Assembly: GCA_963803335.1 (NCBI GenBank)
Contig: CAWDME010000022.1
Location: forward strand, 8,325-72,324
Direction: 5' to 3'
Origin: an uncultured Solirubrobacteraceae bacterium
GTDB lineage: Bacteria > Actinomycetota > Thermoleophilia > Solirubrobacterales > Solirubrobacteraceae
Length of the DNA stretch: 64,000 nucleotides
The translations under genes and the position numbers were made by a program. The notes under the pieces were generated by a model, which saw nothing but the letters and a program-made list of their open reading frames with translations, was not told where the DNA came from and made no database searches. Below are positions 1-8,859 of the stretch, piece after piece (position 1 is the stretch's first letter; every line of letters begins with the position of its first letter).

Positions 1-580
1 CGCAGGCAGTAGTCGGCCTCCTCGCCGTACATCCAGATCGGCTCGTAGAAGCCGTCGAGCGCCAGGAACTCGTCGCGTCGGACCATCATCAGCGCGCCTG
101 ACACGGCCGCGGCCGCGAACGGCTCGGTGCCGGCGGCCGTCCGCGGCGCGCCCTCCAGCCGCCCGTACGTCGCGGTGTTCGGCGCGATCGCGAGGCCCGC
201 CGCCTCGAGCGCCTCGCCGTCCGGGCGCACGAGGATGCCGCCGGCAACCGATACGCCCGGGTCGGCGAGGGCCTCGCGTAGCGGCGCGTCCCAGCCTGCC
301 TCGACACGGCCGTCGAAGTTGACGAACGCGACGTATCTCCCGGCGGCCGCCTCGGCGCCGCGGTTGCAGCCGGCGCAGAAGCCGACGTTGTCCTCGAACC
401 GCAGCACCCGCGCCTGCGGCCACACGCCGGGGACGAGCTCCCAGCTCCCGTCCGAAGACGCGGAGTCGACGACGATGCACTCGACGTCAGCGGTCGCGGT
501 GTGCTCGCGCAGCGCCTCCAGCGCCGCGGGCAGGCAGCCCGCGCCGTTGTGGTTGACGAGGACGACCGAGAGCTCGGTCA
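1..580 (-). CDS. Glycosyltransferase family 2 (N-terminal ~193 codons; 3' end lies beyond the left window edge)
   Basis: Own reverse-strand translation from GTG at 580..578 gives VTELSVVLVNHNGAGCLPAALEALREHT..CIVVDSASSDGS..FEDNVGFCAGCNRG..AAVSGALMMVRRDEFLALDGFYEPIWMYGEEADYCLR, which are GT-A fold GT2 blocks. GTGA start/stop overlap with the upstream flippase gene. Absent from the ORF track because it is open at the window edge. Confidence 0.85.
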
Positions 581-2146
581 CGCGGCCTGTGGGCGGCCGG
601 TCAGCCGGCGGGCGAGGGACCTGAGCTCGACGATCTCCACGTCGTCGACGACGCGGGCTGCGTACACCGCGCCGGCGAACAGGGCCACCGCGACCAGCTT
701 GATCGCGACGAACCCCCAGCCGAGCGGCAGCCAGCCGAGCGGGACGACGGCGATCCCGAGCGCGAGCACGACGATCGACTTGCGCGGCTCATACGGCGTC
801 GGGTAGAGCTGTTGCGCCTTCCAGTAGTACAGGCTGGTCAGCGCGACGTAGGCGCACGCCGTCGCAAGGCCGGCCCCAACGCCACCGAGCGGCGGGATCA
901 GCACGAAGTTCAGCGCCACGTTCACGGCCAGCGCCATGCCCGAGAAGACGGCGAAGTAGCCGCTCCGCCGGGCGAACGAGATGCCCGTCATCGTGATCGA
1001 CGACAGGCCGAAGACGGTCACCCCGAGGCAGAGCACGCCGACCACGCGGTACGCCTCGTCGTAGCCGGGAGCGATCACCGTCGTGATCTCACGGGCGAAC
1101 AGCGCCAGCACCACCGACAGCGCCGTGAGCGCGATCGCCAGGTAGGTGAGCGTCCGCGCCCGCACGTGGCGCTCCGTCTCCCGATCCTCCGAGTACAGCG
1201 AGAGGATGAACGGGCTGTAGGCGAGCCCGAAGGCCGTGACGACGAACATCACCACGAACGCGAAGCGGCTGCCGACCGCGTATTGGCCGACGTCGTCGAG
1301 GTCGGCGAGGCGGCTGAGCATCAGCCGGTCCAAGAACGAGAGCCCCCACAGCGCCGCGACGGCGGGAACGAGCGGCAGCCCGAAGCGCAGCATCACAGCC
1401 AGTTCAGTGCGCGAGACCCGGACGCCGATGTGCCTGGCAGTCACGACCAGCCCGAAGACAACGGCGACCCCATGGCCGCACAGCACGCCGACCATCACGC
1501 CGTCGATTCCCGAATCCGCCCACAGGACGAGCGAGACACCAACGGCCGCGGTCACCAGCGCGGCGAGCACCGCCGAGATCGTGAACTGCCACGGGCGCAG
1601 CCGCAGCCGCATCACTTCGCGGAAGAAGGTGCCCACGATCGCGGTGGGCAGGCTGACGGCCACTAGCACGAGCAGCGTCGTGTAGCGCTGCCCGTCGAAC
1701 AGCCACTCGGAGACCGGGACGCGGAAGGCGATCAGCAACGCACCGAGCAGGGTGGCCGCGGTCAGCGCGACGGCCAGTGCCGTCGCGAGCACCGCCCGCC
1801 GCTCCGCGAAGTGGCCCTCGCCGTAGTCGTAGTAACTGCGCTGCGACGCGGAGGCCATCCCGAGGTCGGCGAGCACGAGCAGGGCCGACATCCCGACGGT
1901 GGCGATCTCGAGCACGCCGAACTCCGACGGCGTGAACGTGCGGGCGTACACCGGCAGCGTGACGAGGCCGACGGCCTGCAGCGTCGCTGCGCTCAACCCG
2001 TAGATGAGCGTCTGCTTGCCGAGCAATGCGAGATGGGCTTTCACCGGCGCCGATAGGCTAGCCTCGGTCTGATGGCGGTCGGGGGCAACACTGCACGCAG
2101 CTTCGGCGACAAGTGGCATCGCAACCGCGATCTCGCGTTCGCGCAA
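578..2146 (-). CDS. Wzx-type polysaccharide/oligosaccharide flippase (MOP superfamily polysaccharide biosynthesis protein)
   Basis: 522-aa ORF, almost entirely hydrophobic, with 12 or more TM-like stretches. The N-terminal block LLGKQTLIYGLSAATLQAVGLVTLPVYARTFTPSEFGVLE is typical of Wzx/RfbX proteins. The true start is probably GTG at 2044 (VKAHLALLGKQ), which removes the overlap with the divergent gene at 2072. Confidence 0.8.
   Translation of the reverse strand: MREREIAVAMPLVAEAACSVAPDRHQTEASLSAPVKAHLALLGKQTLIYGLSAATLQAVGLVTLPVYARTFTPSEFGVLEIATVGMSALLVLADLGMASASQRSYYDYGEGHFAERRAVLATALAVALTAATLLGALLIAFRVPVSEWLFDGQRYTTLLVLVAVSLPTAIVGTFFREVMRLRLRPWQFTISAVLAALVTAAVGVSLVLWADSGIDGVMVGVLCGHGVAVVFGLVVTARHIGVRVSRTELAVMLRFGLPLVPAVAALWGLSFLDRLMLSRLADLDDVGQYAVGSRFAFVVMFVVTAFGLAYSPFILSLYSEDRETERHVRARTLTYLAIALTALSVVLALFAREITTVIAPGYDEAYRVVGVLCLGVTVFGLSSITMTGISFARRSGYFAVFSGMALAVNVALNFVLIPPLGGVGAGLATACAYVALTSLYYWKAQQLYPTPYEPRKSIVVLALGIAVVPLGWLPLGWGFVAIKLVAVALFAGAVYAARVVDDVEIVELRSLARRLTGRPQAA
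2055..2064. promoter_or_regulatory. Perfect palindrome AGGCTAGCCT in the 27-bp gap between the divergent flippase and methyltransferase genes
   Basis: Read directly. It is the only non-coding sequence available to both divergent genes if the flippase starts at 2044. Confidence 0.25.
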
Positions 2147-2959
2147 ACCCTCGACGAGGGGTCGAACTTCTTCCGCTGGATCCTGGGGCGTAACGGCTTC
2201 GCGTCGCCCGAGGAACTGCGTGCCCAGCTAGCCGGGTGCAAGCGGATCCTCGATGCCGGCTGCGGCAACGGCCGCGTGACCGCGCTGCTCGCCCGCTACG
2301 CGGACCCGGCCGCCGAGATCGTGGGTATCGATCTCACGGCCGCCGACGTGGCCGCGGAGAACCTGCGGGAGCAACCGAACGTCACCGTGAAGCAGCGGGA
2401 TCTGCTGGACGATATGTCCGATCTGGGCGCGTTCGACTTCGTGTACTGCCAGGAGGTGCTGCACCACACCGCTTCGCCGCAGCGCGCGTTCGCCAACGTC
2501 GCCTCGCTCTTGGCGCCCGGCGGCAAGCTGGCGATCTACGTCTACAAGCGCAAGGCGCCGGTGCGCGAGTTCACCGACGATCAGGTGCGTGACGTGATCG
2601 CTGACATGCCCTACGAGCGCGCGATGGAGGAATGTCGGCGCATCACCGAAATCGGGCGGGAGCTGTCAGCGCTCGGCGCCACGATCACGGTCCCCGACGT
2701 GCCGTCGCTGGGCATCGAGGCGGGCGACTATGACGTGCAGCGGTTCGTCTACCACTTCTTCATGAAGTGCTTCTGGAGCGACGAGCTCGACGCCGAGGCG
2801 AACGCGGTCGTCAACTACGACTGGTATCACCCCCAGCTCTCCACGCGCCACACGCTGGACGAGGTCAGAGGCTGGTTCCGGGACGCCGGGCTGGCCGTCG
2901 TTCACGAGCACGTCGATCCCTACGGGATCACGGTGCGCGGAACAGCTCCGCGAGCGTGA
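2072..2959 (+). CDS. Class I SAM-dependent methyltransferase
   Basis: ATG at 2072. Motif I ILDAGCGNGRVTALLA, post-I IVGIDL, then FDFVYCQEVLHH and LAPGGKLAIYVY. The 3' end overlaps the convergent gene 2928..4070 by 32 nt. Confidence 0.85.
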   Translation: MAVGGNTARSFGDKWHRNRDLAFAQTLDEGSNFFRWILGRNGFASPEELRAQLAGCKRILDAGCGNGRVTALLARYADPAAEIVGIDLTAADVAAENLREQPNVTVKQRDLLDDMSDLGAFDFVYCQEVLHHTASPQRAFANVASLLAPGGKLAIYVYKRKAPVREFTDDQVRDVIADMPYERAMEECRRITEIGRELSALGATITVPDVPSLGIEAGDYDVQRFVYHFFMKCFWSDELDAEANAVVNYDWYHPQLSTRHTLDEVRGWFRDAGLAVVHEHVDPYGITVRGTAPRA

Positions 2960-4070
2960 CGATCTCGGCGCCTTCGAGTGCCGGCTCTGCATGCAGCGAG
3001 TCCGCGATCTGGCGCCCGAACGACCACGAGGCGATGATCAGGTGATCGACTGGGTCGGCCAGCAGCGCCGCGCGGGGCTCGATCGGCACGGTGGACGGCG
3101 GGTAAAACCGCCCCTCTAGCAGCGGATCGTCGTCGAAGTAGCGATGCGGCGGCAGGTTCTCGCGCAGCAGCGCCGCGTAGTTGATGAAGCGCCCCGGGCA
3201 GAAGATGCCGAGCGACCCGTCCACGCCCGCGATGTGCGCGCGCATCCGCTCCACGTTCGCCTGCGCCTGCGCTACAAAGCCGGCGGCTGTGTCGTCGTGC
3301 CGGACCTCCCGCACGCTGCCGCTCGACCACGCCGAGTAGCGGGCCCCTGCCACGCCCGCCGGCCGGCTGTACTCGACGTTCGCGCCGGCGAGCGCGGCGA
3401 CGGCACCCAGGCTCGCGTCCGTGAAGTAGCTCCAATGCTCGTGGACGAGCATCGAGACGTCGCCGTGGGCCAGAGGCAGCGCGCAGTCGGGGACCGAGAA
3501 GGCGATGAAGCCGTCGTCGGCGAGCACCTGAAGCTGATCGCGCGCGAACGTCACGGGGTCGGGCACATGCTCGAGCACGCCGTAGTGCACGATCGCGTCG
3601 AAGCGACGATCGAAGAGCTCCGCGCGGAACGGTTCGGCGATCACCGGTATCTCGTCGTCGGCAGACTCGGTCGCGCCCGGCTCTACGCCGACGACGTCTG
3701 CGCCGCAACGAGCCAGCTCGAGCAGCAGCGAGCCGCTGCCCGATCCGATCTCGAGGACCGACAGCCCGTCGAGGCGATCGCGGCTCGCTGTCGCCAGCAC
3801 GAAACCGAGGAAGTCGTCCAGGCAGCGCTTGCCCAGCCCGGTCGCAGCGAGCGGCGTGCCGATCTGCGAGCCGATGCGATAGGCCCGCTCCAGCAGCGCC
3901 TCGACGTCGGCGTCGGGCATCTGGACGAGCAGGTCTGCCCGCTCGTCGACGCCGACGACGAACCCCAGCTCGTCGGGCAGCCCATGGTTCGACGGCGCGG
4001 CGCTCGCCCCGACGTGGAACGGGAGCGTCCCGAGGTCGTGGAGCGCGGTCAGCGGGCGGTTGGCCTGCAC
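2928..4070 (-). CDS. SAM-dependent methyltransferase with a C-methyltransferase-type C-terminal domain (NDP-hexose C-methyltransferase-like)
   Basis: Motif I VLEIGSGSGSLLLELARCG, then FDAIVHYGVLEHVPDP. The C-terminal block LGIFCPGRFINYAALL..YFDDDPLLEGRFYPPSTVPIEP..VDHLIIASWSFGRQI resembles the C-terminal domain of sugar C-methyltransferases (recalled, not searched). The first ~90 codons of the 474-aa track ORF are Arg/Pro-rich off-frame-like sequence, so the start is set to GTG 4070. Confidence 0.7.
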   Translation of the reverse strand: MQANRPLTALHDLGTLPFHVGASAAPSNHGLPDELGFVVGVDERADLLVQMPDADVEALLERAYRIGSQIGTPLAATGLGKRCLDDFLGFVLATASRDRLDGLSVLEIGSGSGSLLLELARCGADVVGVEPGATESADDEIPVIAEPFRAELFDRRFDAIVHYGVLEHVPDPVTFARDQLQVLADDGFIAFSVPDCALPLAHGDVSMLVHEHWSYFTDASLGAVAALAGANVEYSRPAGVAGARYSAWSSGSVREVRHDDTAAGFVAQAQANVERMRAHIAGVDGSLGIFCPGRFINYAALLRENLPPHRYFDDDPLLEGRFYPPSTVPIEPRAALLADPVDHLIIASWSFGRQIADSLHAEPALEGAEIVTLAELFRAP

Positions 4071-5131
4071 GCCAGCTCGGCAGCGTCCGGGAAGTCGACC
4101 TCGGCGATCAGGCTCTCGGCGAGGCTGCGCATGATCACGCCCTCCCCGTAGGCGAAATGCGGCTCCACCGTTTCGCCGAGGACGTGCTTGCGGATGAGCG
4201 CGTCCGGCTCGTTGTAGCCCACCATCGCCCGCAGCGACGTGGTTCCGGAGAAGCGCGGGTTGATCTCGAAGACGTGCACGCGGCCGTCGACCAGACGGCA
4301 CTGGATGTTGAGCGAGCCGCGCGCTCCCAGCGCCAAGGCGATCTGCTCGCACTGCGACGTCACGTCGGGGAAGCGGCCGATCCGGCCCTGTGAGACGCCG
4401 CTGGAGATCGCGAGGACCTGTCCCAGGTCGCTACGCCCCGTGCGGTTGGGCGTCTTGATGCGGTTGCTGAGGGCCGACAGGATGTAGCGCCGGATCGCGA
4501 TCGAGTTCAGCAGGTTGCCGTCCATGTCCAGCAGGACGCCGACCGTGTACTCGTCCTCGGGCGTGCCCACGTAGGCCTGGATGATGAACTCGCTCTGAAC
4601 CTTGAGCAGCTGACGGGCACACGCGGCGAGCTCCTCGCGGTCTTGGACGAGGTAGAGGTTCGCGGACCCGCCGCCGCCCACGGACGGCTTGAGCACCGCG
4701 GGCAGGTGCTTGAACGCCTCGGCCTCCTCCACCGTGCGGATGGCCTTGTAGGGCGGCACCGCGAAGCCGGCCGCCGTCAGCGCCTCCATCGTGCGGACCT
4801 TGTCGAGGCAGGTGTCGATGACCTCGACGGGGTTGAGCGGCAAGAACACGCCGGCCCCGGCGAAGACGTCGCGATGCTCGCTCATCACGCGCAGCTCCGG
4901 CTCTGACCCGTGGAACAGAACCTCGACGCGCTGGGCGCGGCACACGCCGAGCAGGCTGTCAACGTACGCGGGGTCGCGGGCCGGCGGCATGATGCACGGC
5001 TCGTCGACCTGAGCGAGCCCGCTGCTATAGGCCGACATGTCGCTGCCAACGATCCGATAGGGCGTCTCCGCCAGCCGCAGGGCCTTGAGGATCTGCTCGC
5101 CGTGCCCGCCCCCGCCGACGCCGGTGATCAT
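4049..5131 (-). CDS. ATP-grasp domain ligase (carboxylate-amine ligase type, glycan-modification context)
   Basis: Starts MITGVGGGGHGEQILKAL. ATP-grasp core LPAVLKPSVGGGGSANLYLV, FIIQAYVGTPEDEYTVGVL and VFEINPRFSGTT. Start is ATG 5131, or alternatively GTG 5152 giving a GTGA overlap with the upstream stop. The upstream 140 codons of the track ORF are Arg/Pro-rich and rejected. Confidence 0.8.
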   Translation of the reverse strand: MITGVGGGGHGEQILKALRLAETPYRIVGSDMSAYSSGLAQVDEPCIMPPARDPAYVDSLLGVCRAQRVEVLFHGSEPELRVMSEHRDVFAGAGVFLPLNPVEVIDTCLDKVRTMEALTAAGFAVPPYKAIRTVEEAEAFKHLPAVLKPSVGGGGSANLYLVQDREELAACARQLLKVQSEFIIQAYVGTPEDEYTVGVLLDMDGNLLNSIAIRRYILSALSNRIKTPNRTGRSDLGQVLAISSGVSQGRIGRFPDVTSQCEQIALALGARGSLNIQCRLVDGRVHVFEINPRFSGTTSLRAMVGYNEPDALIRKHVLGETVEPHFAYGEGVIMRSLAESLIAEVDFPDAAELACRPTAR

Positions 5132-5148
5132 GGCCGTGACCGAACGGC

Positions 5149-5850
5149 TCACCCAAGCACCTCGCCCACGAACTGGCGTGACCGGCGGTGCAGGCATGCA
5201 CGGGTGGTCGCGTGCAGCGCTGAGCCGGCGCGCCGGATGACGGCATCGACGTCGAACTCGACGCGATAGCACGCCGCGGCGCCGGTCTCCGTGTCGTAGA
5301 CGGCGAACGACGCGAGGTTCCCGACGTCGCGTGGGAGCCCGACCGACCCTGCGTTGGCGATCAAGACTGGGCCTTGCCGCGTGACGAACGGGCGGTGGGT
5401 GTGGCCCATGAACACGACGTCGTGCGGCAGGCGCTCCCAGCCGGACAGGTCGCTGTCGGGATACACGTAGCCGCCCAACGGGTCGTCCGGTGCGCCATGG
5501 ACGAACAGGATACGGCGGCCGTCGCGGTCGACTGGGCATGCCTCGGGCCACGATTGCAGGCGCCCGCGCGCGCGGTCCGACAGCCGCAAACGCGCGGCCG
5601 CGAGCCCGTACACGGCGTCGGCTTCGTCATCGAGGGGAAGCGTCCCGAGCAGCATCGCCTCGTGGTTGCCCTTCTGGCAGTGGAATCCCGCCGACTCGAG
5701 GCGCTCGAGGCATTCCTGCTCGCCCGGGAGGTAGCCGACCACGTCGCCGAGGAAGAAGCACTCGTCAACCTGCAGGGCTCCGAGTCGCGCCAGGCACGCG
5801 TCCAGCGCGATCGGGTTGCCGTGCACGTCGGAGAGCACGGCGATCCTCAT
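5149..5850 (-). CDS. Metallophosphoesterase (calcineurin-like, YfcE/MJ0936-size)
   Basis: All five phosphoesterase blocks are present: MRIAVLSDVHGN, FFLGDVVGY, KGNHE, LFVHGAP, FMGHTH. ATGA overlap with the downstream epimerase gene. Confidence 0.88.
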   Translation of the reverse strand: MRIAVLSDVHGNPIALDACLARLGALQVDECFFLGDVVGYLPGEQECLERLESAGFHCQKGNHEAMLLGTLPLDDEADAVYGLAAARLRLSDRARGRLQSWPEACPVDRDGRRILFVHGAPDDPLGGYVYPDSDLSGWERLPHDVVFMGHTHRPFVTRQGPVLIANAGSVGLPRDVGNLASFAVYDTETGAAACYRVEFDVDAVIRRAGSALHATTRACLHRRSRQFVGEVLG

Positions 5851-6728
5851 CGGCGGCCCGGCTGCGCGTCGAGCAGGCGCTCGATCCCGGCACGTAGCGT
5901 CGTCGTGGCCGACCAGCCCAGCGCGTCCCGGGCGGCGGTGACGTCATAGCGCGCGAGGGCACCCTCGTTCGGATCCGGGCGCGGCGCCGCGCGGACCTGC
6001 TGGGCCTCCAGGTCCGCGGCGCCGGCGACCGTCTCGGCGAGCTCACGCATCGTCACGCACCGGCCGCTCGCCACGTTGAACACTCCCGGCGGCCCTTCGA
6101 TGGCTCGCACGAACGCGTCCGCGGCGTCGTCCGCCCAGGTGAAGTCCTGCTCGCGGCTCCCCGACCCGAGGTACTCGAGCGGAACACCCGCCAGCGCCCG
6201 CTCGACGAAGAGCTGCAGCACGGTTCGCGCCCGCTGCCCCTCTCCGTAGGGGGCGCTGATGCGCAGGCTGGTGAACGCCAGCCCCGTGCGCGCGGCCCAC
6301 GCCGCGCCGAGGCGTTCGGTCGCCGCCTTCTGCTCGAGGTACGGGCCACGTGGCGCCAGCGAAGCGGATTCGTCGAGCGCCCGGCCGGCACCCGGAGCGT
6401 ACAGCGACGTCCCAGAGGCGTACACGACACGCGCGCCGCGCCGCTCGGCGGCGGCGAGGACCTCACTGTCGATCGCCCGATTGATCGCGGCCGCGTCCGC
6501 GCTGGCGTCCAGGGAGGAGGGCAGCGCCGCCGCGGCATGGATCACGGCATCGATCGCGCCGAGCTCGTCCAGCGCTCCGGGGGCGCGCAGATCGGCGCGC
6601 AACCGGCGCGCGAACGGCGGCTCGGTCTCGTACCACGCGGCCGTGAACGGTACGCCGAGCGCTTCCAGTCGCCGGCAGACGGCGCCACCCAGCAGCCCGG
6701 CCGCGCCGGTCACCAGAACATGGGTCAT
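5847..6728 (-). CDS. NAD-dependent epimerase/dehydratase (extended SDR)
   Basis: Starts MTHVLVTGAAGLLGGAV (GxxGxxG), with YLEQK as the YxxxK catalytic pair. The ATG at 6728 forms an ATGA overlap with the upstream GT stop. The first 169 codons of the 462-aa track ORF are off-frame-like and rejected. Confidence 0.8.
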   Translation of the reverse strand: MTHVLVTGAAGLLGGAVCRRLEALGVPFTAAWYETEPPFARRLRADLRAPGALDELGAIDAVIHAAAALPSSLDASADAAAINRAIDSEVLAAAERRGARVVYASGTSLYAPGAGRALDESASLAPRGPYLEQKAATERLGAAWAARTGLAFTSLRISAPYGEGQRARTVLQLFVERALAGVPLEYLGSGSREQDFTWADDAADAFVRAIEGPPGVFNVASGRCVTMRELAETVAGAADLEAQQVRAAPRPDPNEGALARYDVTAARDALGWSATTTLRAGIERLLDAQPGRR

Positions 6729-7981
6729 CCGACCGCCGCTCGGCAGAGCTCGAGTTGACGTTCGACGAGCTCGTCGCCGTGGTGCGCGACGACCCAGCGG
6801 CGCGCGCGAGCGCCGAGCGCGCGGCGCTCCGAAGGGTCGTCGATCAGCTGCGCCAGCGCCCCCGCGATCTCCTCCGCTGTGCGGCAGTTCGCGACCGGGG
6901 GGAGCTCGTCGAGGAACGGCGCGAAGCGAACCGGGTCGAGGTGGATGAGCAGGGGACGCTCGCAGCTCATCGCCTCGAGCGCGGACGTCCCGTAGGACCC
7001 GAGCGCGAACTGGTCGAGGATGATGTCGGCGGCGCGATAGTGGCGCAGCAGCCGCGTCTTCGACAGGGCGTGCGGCAGGAAGCGGACCCGGGGTTCGAGC
7101 CCGAGCTCTCTCGCGAGGGCCTGCGAACGGGCGAGATCGGCACCCCACCCGGCGCAGACGAGCGTGACGTCGGTGCGGCCGCGCGTCGCCTGCGCGAAGC
7201 CCCTGAGCATCGCGTCCGATCCCTTCCAGCGCCAATCCTGGCGGGCCGGCACCAGCACCAGGACCCGGGCGGTCTCGCCCAGCAACTCGGCGCGCAGCTC
7301 AGGCGCCTCGCCGTCGGTGTACTTGGCGGTGTCGACCAGCGTCGGAACGAACACGGTCTTGTGCCGGTGGCCGAGCCGGTCCAGGTACGGCCAGTAGTCC
7401 GGGTCGCCGGCGACGATCCGCGCGGCGTGCGCGAGGCCGTCACGCTGGAGCTTGGCCTCGGCGACGGCCAGCGCCGCCGCGCCGCCCTCGGCGTCGGCGA
7501 ACGGCACGATGGTCATGTCGCCGCCGTAACCCTGCGCGACGCAGGGAACGCCCGCCAGGGCGGCCACAGCCGGGCCGAGCCCGAACGTCAGCACGCAGTC
7601 GTACTCGCGCATGGCTTCGATCACCCAACTGTGATTGGCGGCGAACAGCCCTCCGTAGCGTCCCGCCCTCCGGTGGGCGGCCAGCACTGCCGTGGGCGCG
7701 CGCGCCGCCCGCCTGATCGCGCCAGCAAGGCCGCGCGGCCCACCTGACGCCGCAACGCGCGGTCCGCGCCGGACCCAGCGGGGCACATCGGCCGCCGGCA
7801 GCGCGGAGGCGTCGAGCCGTTCGGACGGCAGCTCGAGATCGAGATCCTCCCAGCGAGGATCGCTCATCGCGAACGGATCGAGCGGGCTGAGCAGCAGGTC
7901 GACGGGATAGCCCATCCGGTGGAAGGCCTTTCCCTGGATGTACGCGTTGTTCGCGAGGTTGTCGTAGAGCGCGAGCCGCAC
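6725..7981 (-). CDS. GT-B fold glycosyltransferase (GT4/GT1-like)
   Basis: 418 aa, GTG start. C-terminal Rossmann half VLVLVPARQDWRWKGSD..VTLVCAGWGAD..RVRFLPHALSKTRLLRHYRAADIILDQFALGSYGTSALEAMSCERPLL is typical of retaining GT4-type enzymes. Confidence 0.75.
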   Translation of the reverse strand: MRLALYDNLANNAYIQGKAFHRMGYPVDLLLSPLDPFAMSDPRWEDLDLELPSERLDASALPAADVPRWVRRGPRVAASGGPRGLAGAIRRAARAPTAVLAAHRRAGRYGGLFAANHSWVIEAMREYDCVLTFGLGPAVAALAGVPCVAQGYGGDMTIVPFADAEGGAAALAVAEAKLQRDGLAHAARIVAGDPDYWPYLDRLGHRHKTVFVPTLVDTAKYTDGEAPELRAELLGETARVLVLVPARQDWRWKGSDAMLRGFAQATRGRTDVTLVCAGWGADLARSQALARELGLEPRVRFLPHALSKTRLLRHYRAADIILDQFALGSYGTSALEAMSCERPLLIHLDPVRFAPFLDELPPVANCRTAEEIAGALAQLIDDPSERRALGARARRWVVAHHGDELVERQLELCRAAVG

Positions 7982-7998
7982 GCGTTTACCGTGGAGAG

Positions 7999-8859
7999 CT
8001 AGGAGAGCGCCGACAGGACGCCGCCGAGGCCGTCACGCAGGCTCGTCTGCGGCACTACGCCGAACGCCTCGCGGATCCGGGTGTTGTCCCCGATCAGATC
8101 GCCGGGCGGCGGATCGGTGATCTCGTGCCTGATCTGCGGTTCGCGGCCGTGGATATCGCCGAGCAGCCGCACGAGCTCCGTGAGCGTGACAGTGTCCTCG
8201 CCCGCGACGTTGAAGACGCCGCTGCCGTCATACGCGAGCGCGGGCTCGAAGACGCGCACGGCATCGGACACGTGCAGCGGGTTGATGCGAATGCCGGGGT
8301 TGCCCTTGATCACGACCTCATCGCCGGCTCGCACCCGCGATGCGAGCGTCGGGATCAGCATCCGTTGCTGACCGGGTCCGTACACGAAGAACAGGCGCAG
8401 GATGATGGCCCGGAGCCATCCGGCGTACCCGCCGACCATGACCTCGGCCGCGTACTTCGAGCGGACGTAGAAGTCGATCATCGACACCGGGTCGCTCTCG
8501 TTCAGGCGGTCGACGCCCGACTTGTACACACCGCCCGTGGACGCGAACACGAAGCGCTTCGTGCCGGCCCGCCGGGCCCAGTCGAGCAGCCGGAACGTCG
8601 CGTCGACGTTGATCGCGTAGATGTCGTCGGCGCGGTCCGGGAACTCCTTGTAGTGCGCCGACTGCGCGAGGTGGATCACAGCGTCGACTCCGCCCGGGAG
8701 GCCTGTCTCGTCGAGTGGTTGCGCGAGGTCCTGCTCGATCCACGCGACATCGGCCGGCGGGCGACGGCGGCCGATCGCGATCACCTCGTGGCGTTGGGCC
8801 AGGCTGGGGAGCAGGTGGCTGCCGACGAACCCGGTCCCGCCCGTGAGCAGGATCCTCAC
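7999..8859 (-). CDS. NAD-dependent epimerase/dehydratase (extended SDR)
   Basis: VRILLTGGTGFVGSHLL (GxxGxxG), FVFASTGGVY, YVRSKYAAE (YxxxK). The preferred start is GTG 8859, giving a GTGA overlap with the asnB-like stop. The track ORF extends to 8889. Confidence 0.85.
   Translation of the reverse strand: MRILLTGGTGFVGSHLLPSLAQRHEVIAIGRRRPPADVAWIEQDLAQPLDETGLPGGVDAVIHLAQSAHYKEFPDRADDIYAINVDATFRLLDWARRAGTKRFVFASTGGVYKSGVDRLNESDPVSMIDFYVRSKYAAEVMVGGYAGWLRAIILRLFFVYGPGQQRMLIPTLASRVRAGDEVVIKGNPGIRINPLHVSDAVRVFEPALAYDGSGVFNVAGEDTVTLTELVRLLGDIHGREPQIRHEITDPPPGDLIGDNTRIREAFGVVPQTSLRDGLGGVLSALS

Noticed and set aside
5847-7235. N-terminal extensions of several track ORFs (for example 462 aa here, 500 aa at 4049..5551, 417 aa at 43949..45202, 402 aa at 44602..45810, 696 aa at 57044..59134).
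   Set aside because: The extensions are Arg/Pro-rich, overlap the upstream real gene and precede an internal start that forms a canonical 1-4-nt overlap or has an SD. Genes were trimmed to those starts.
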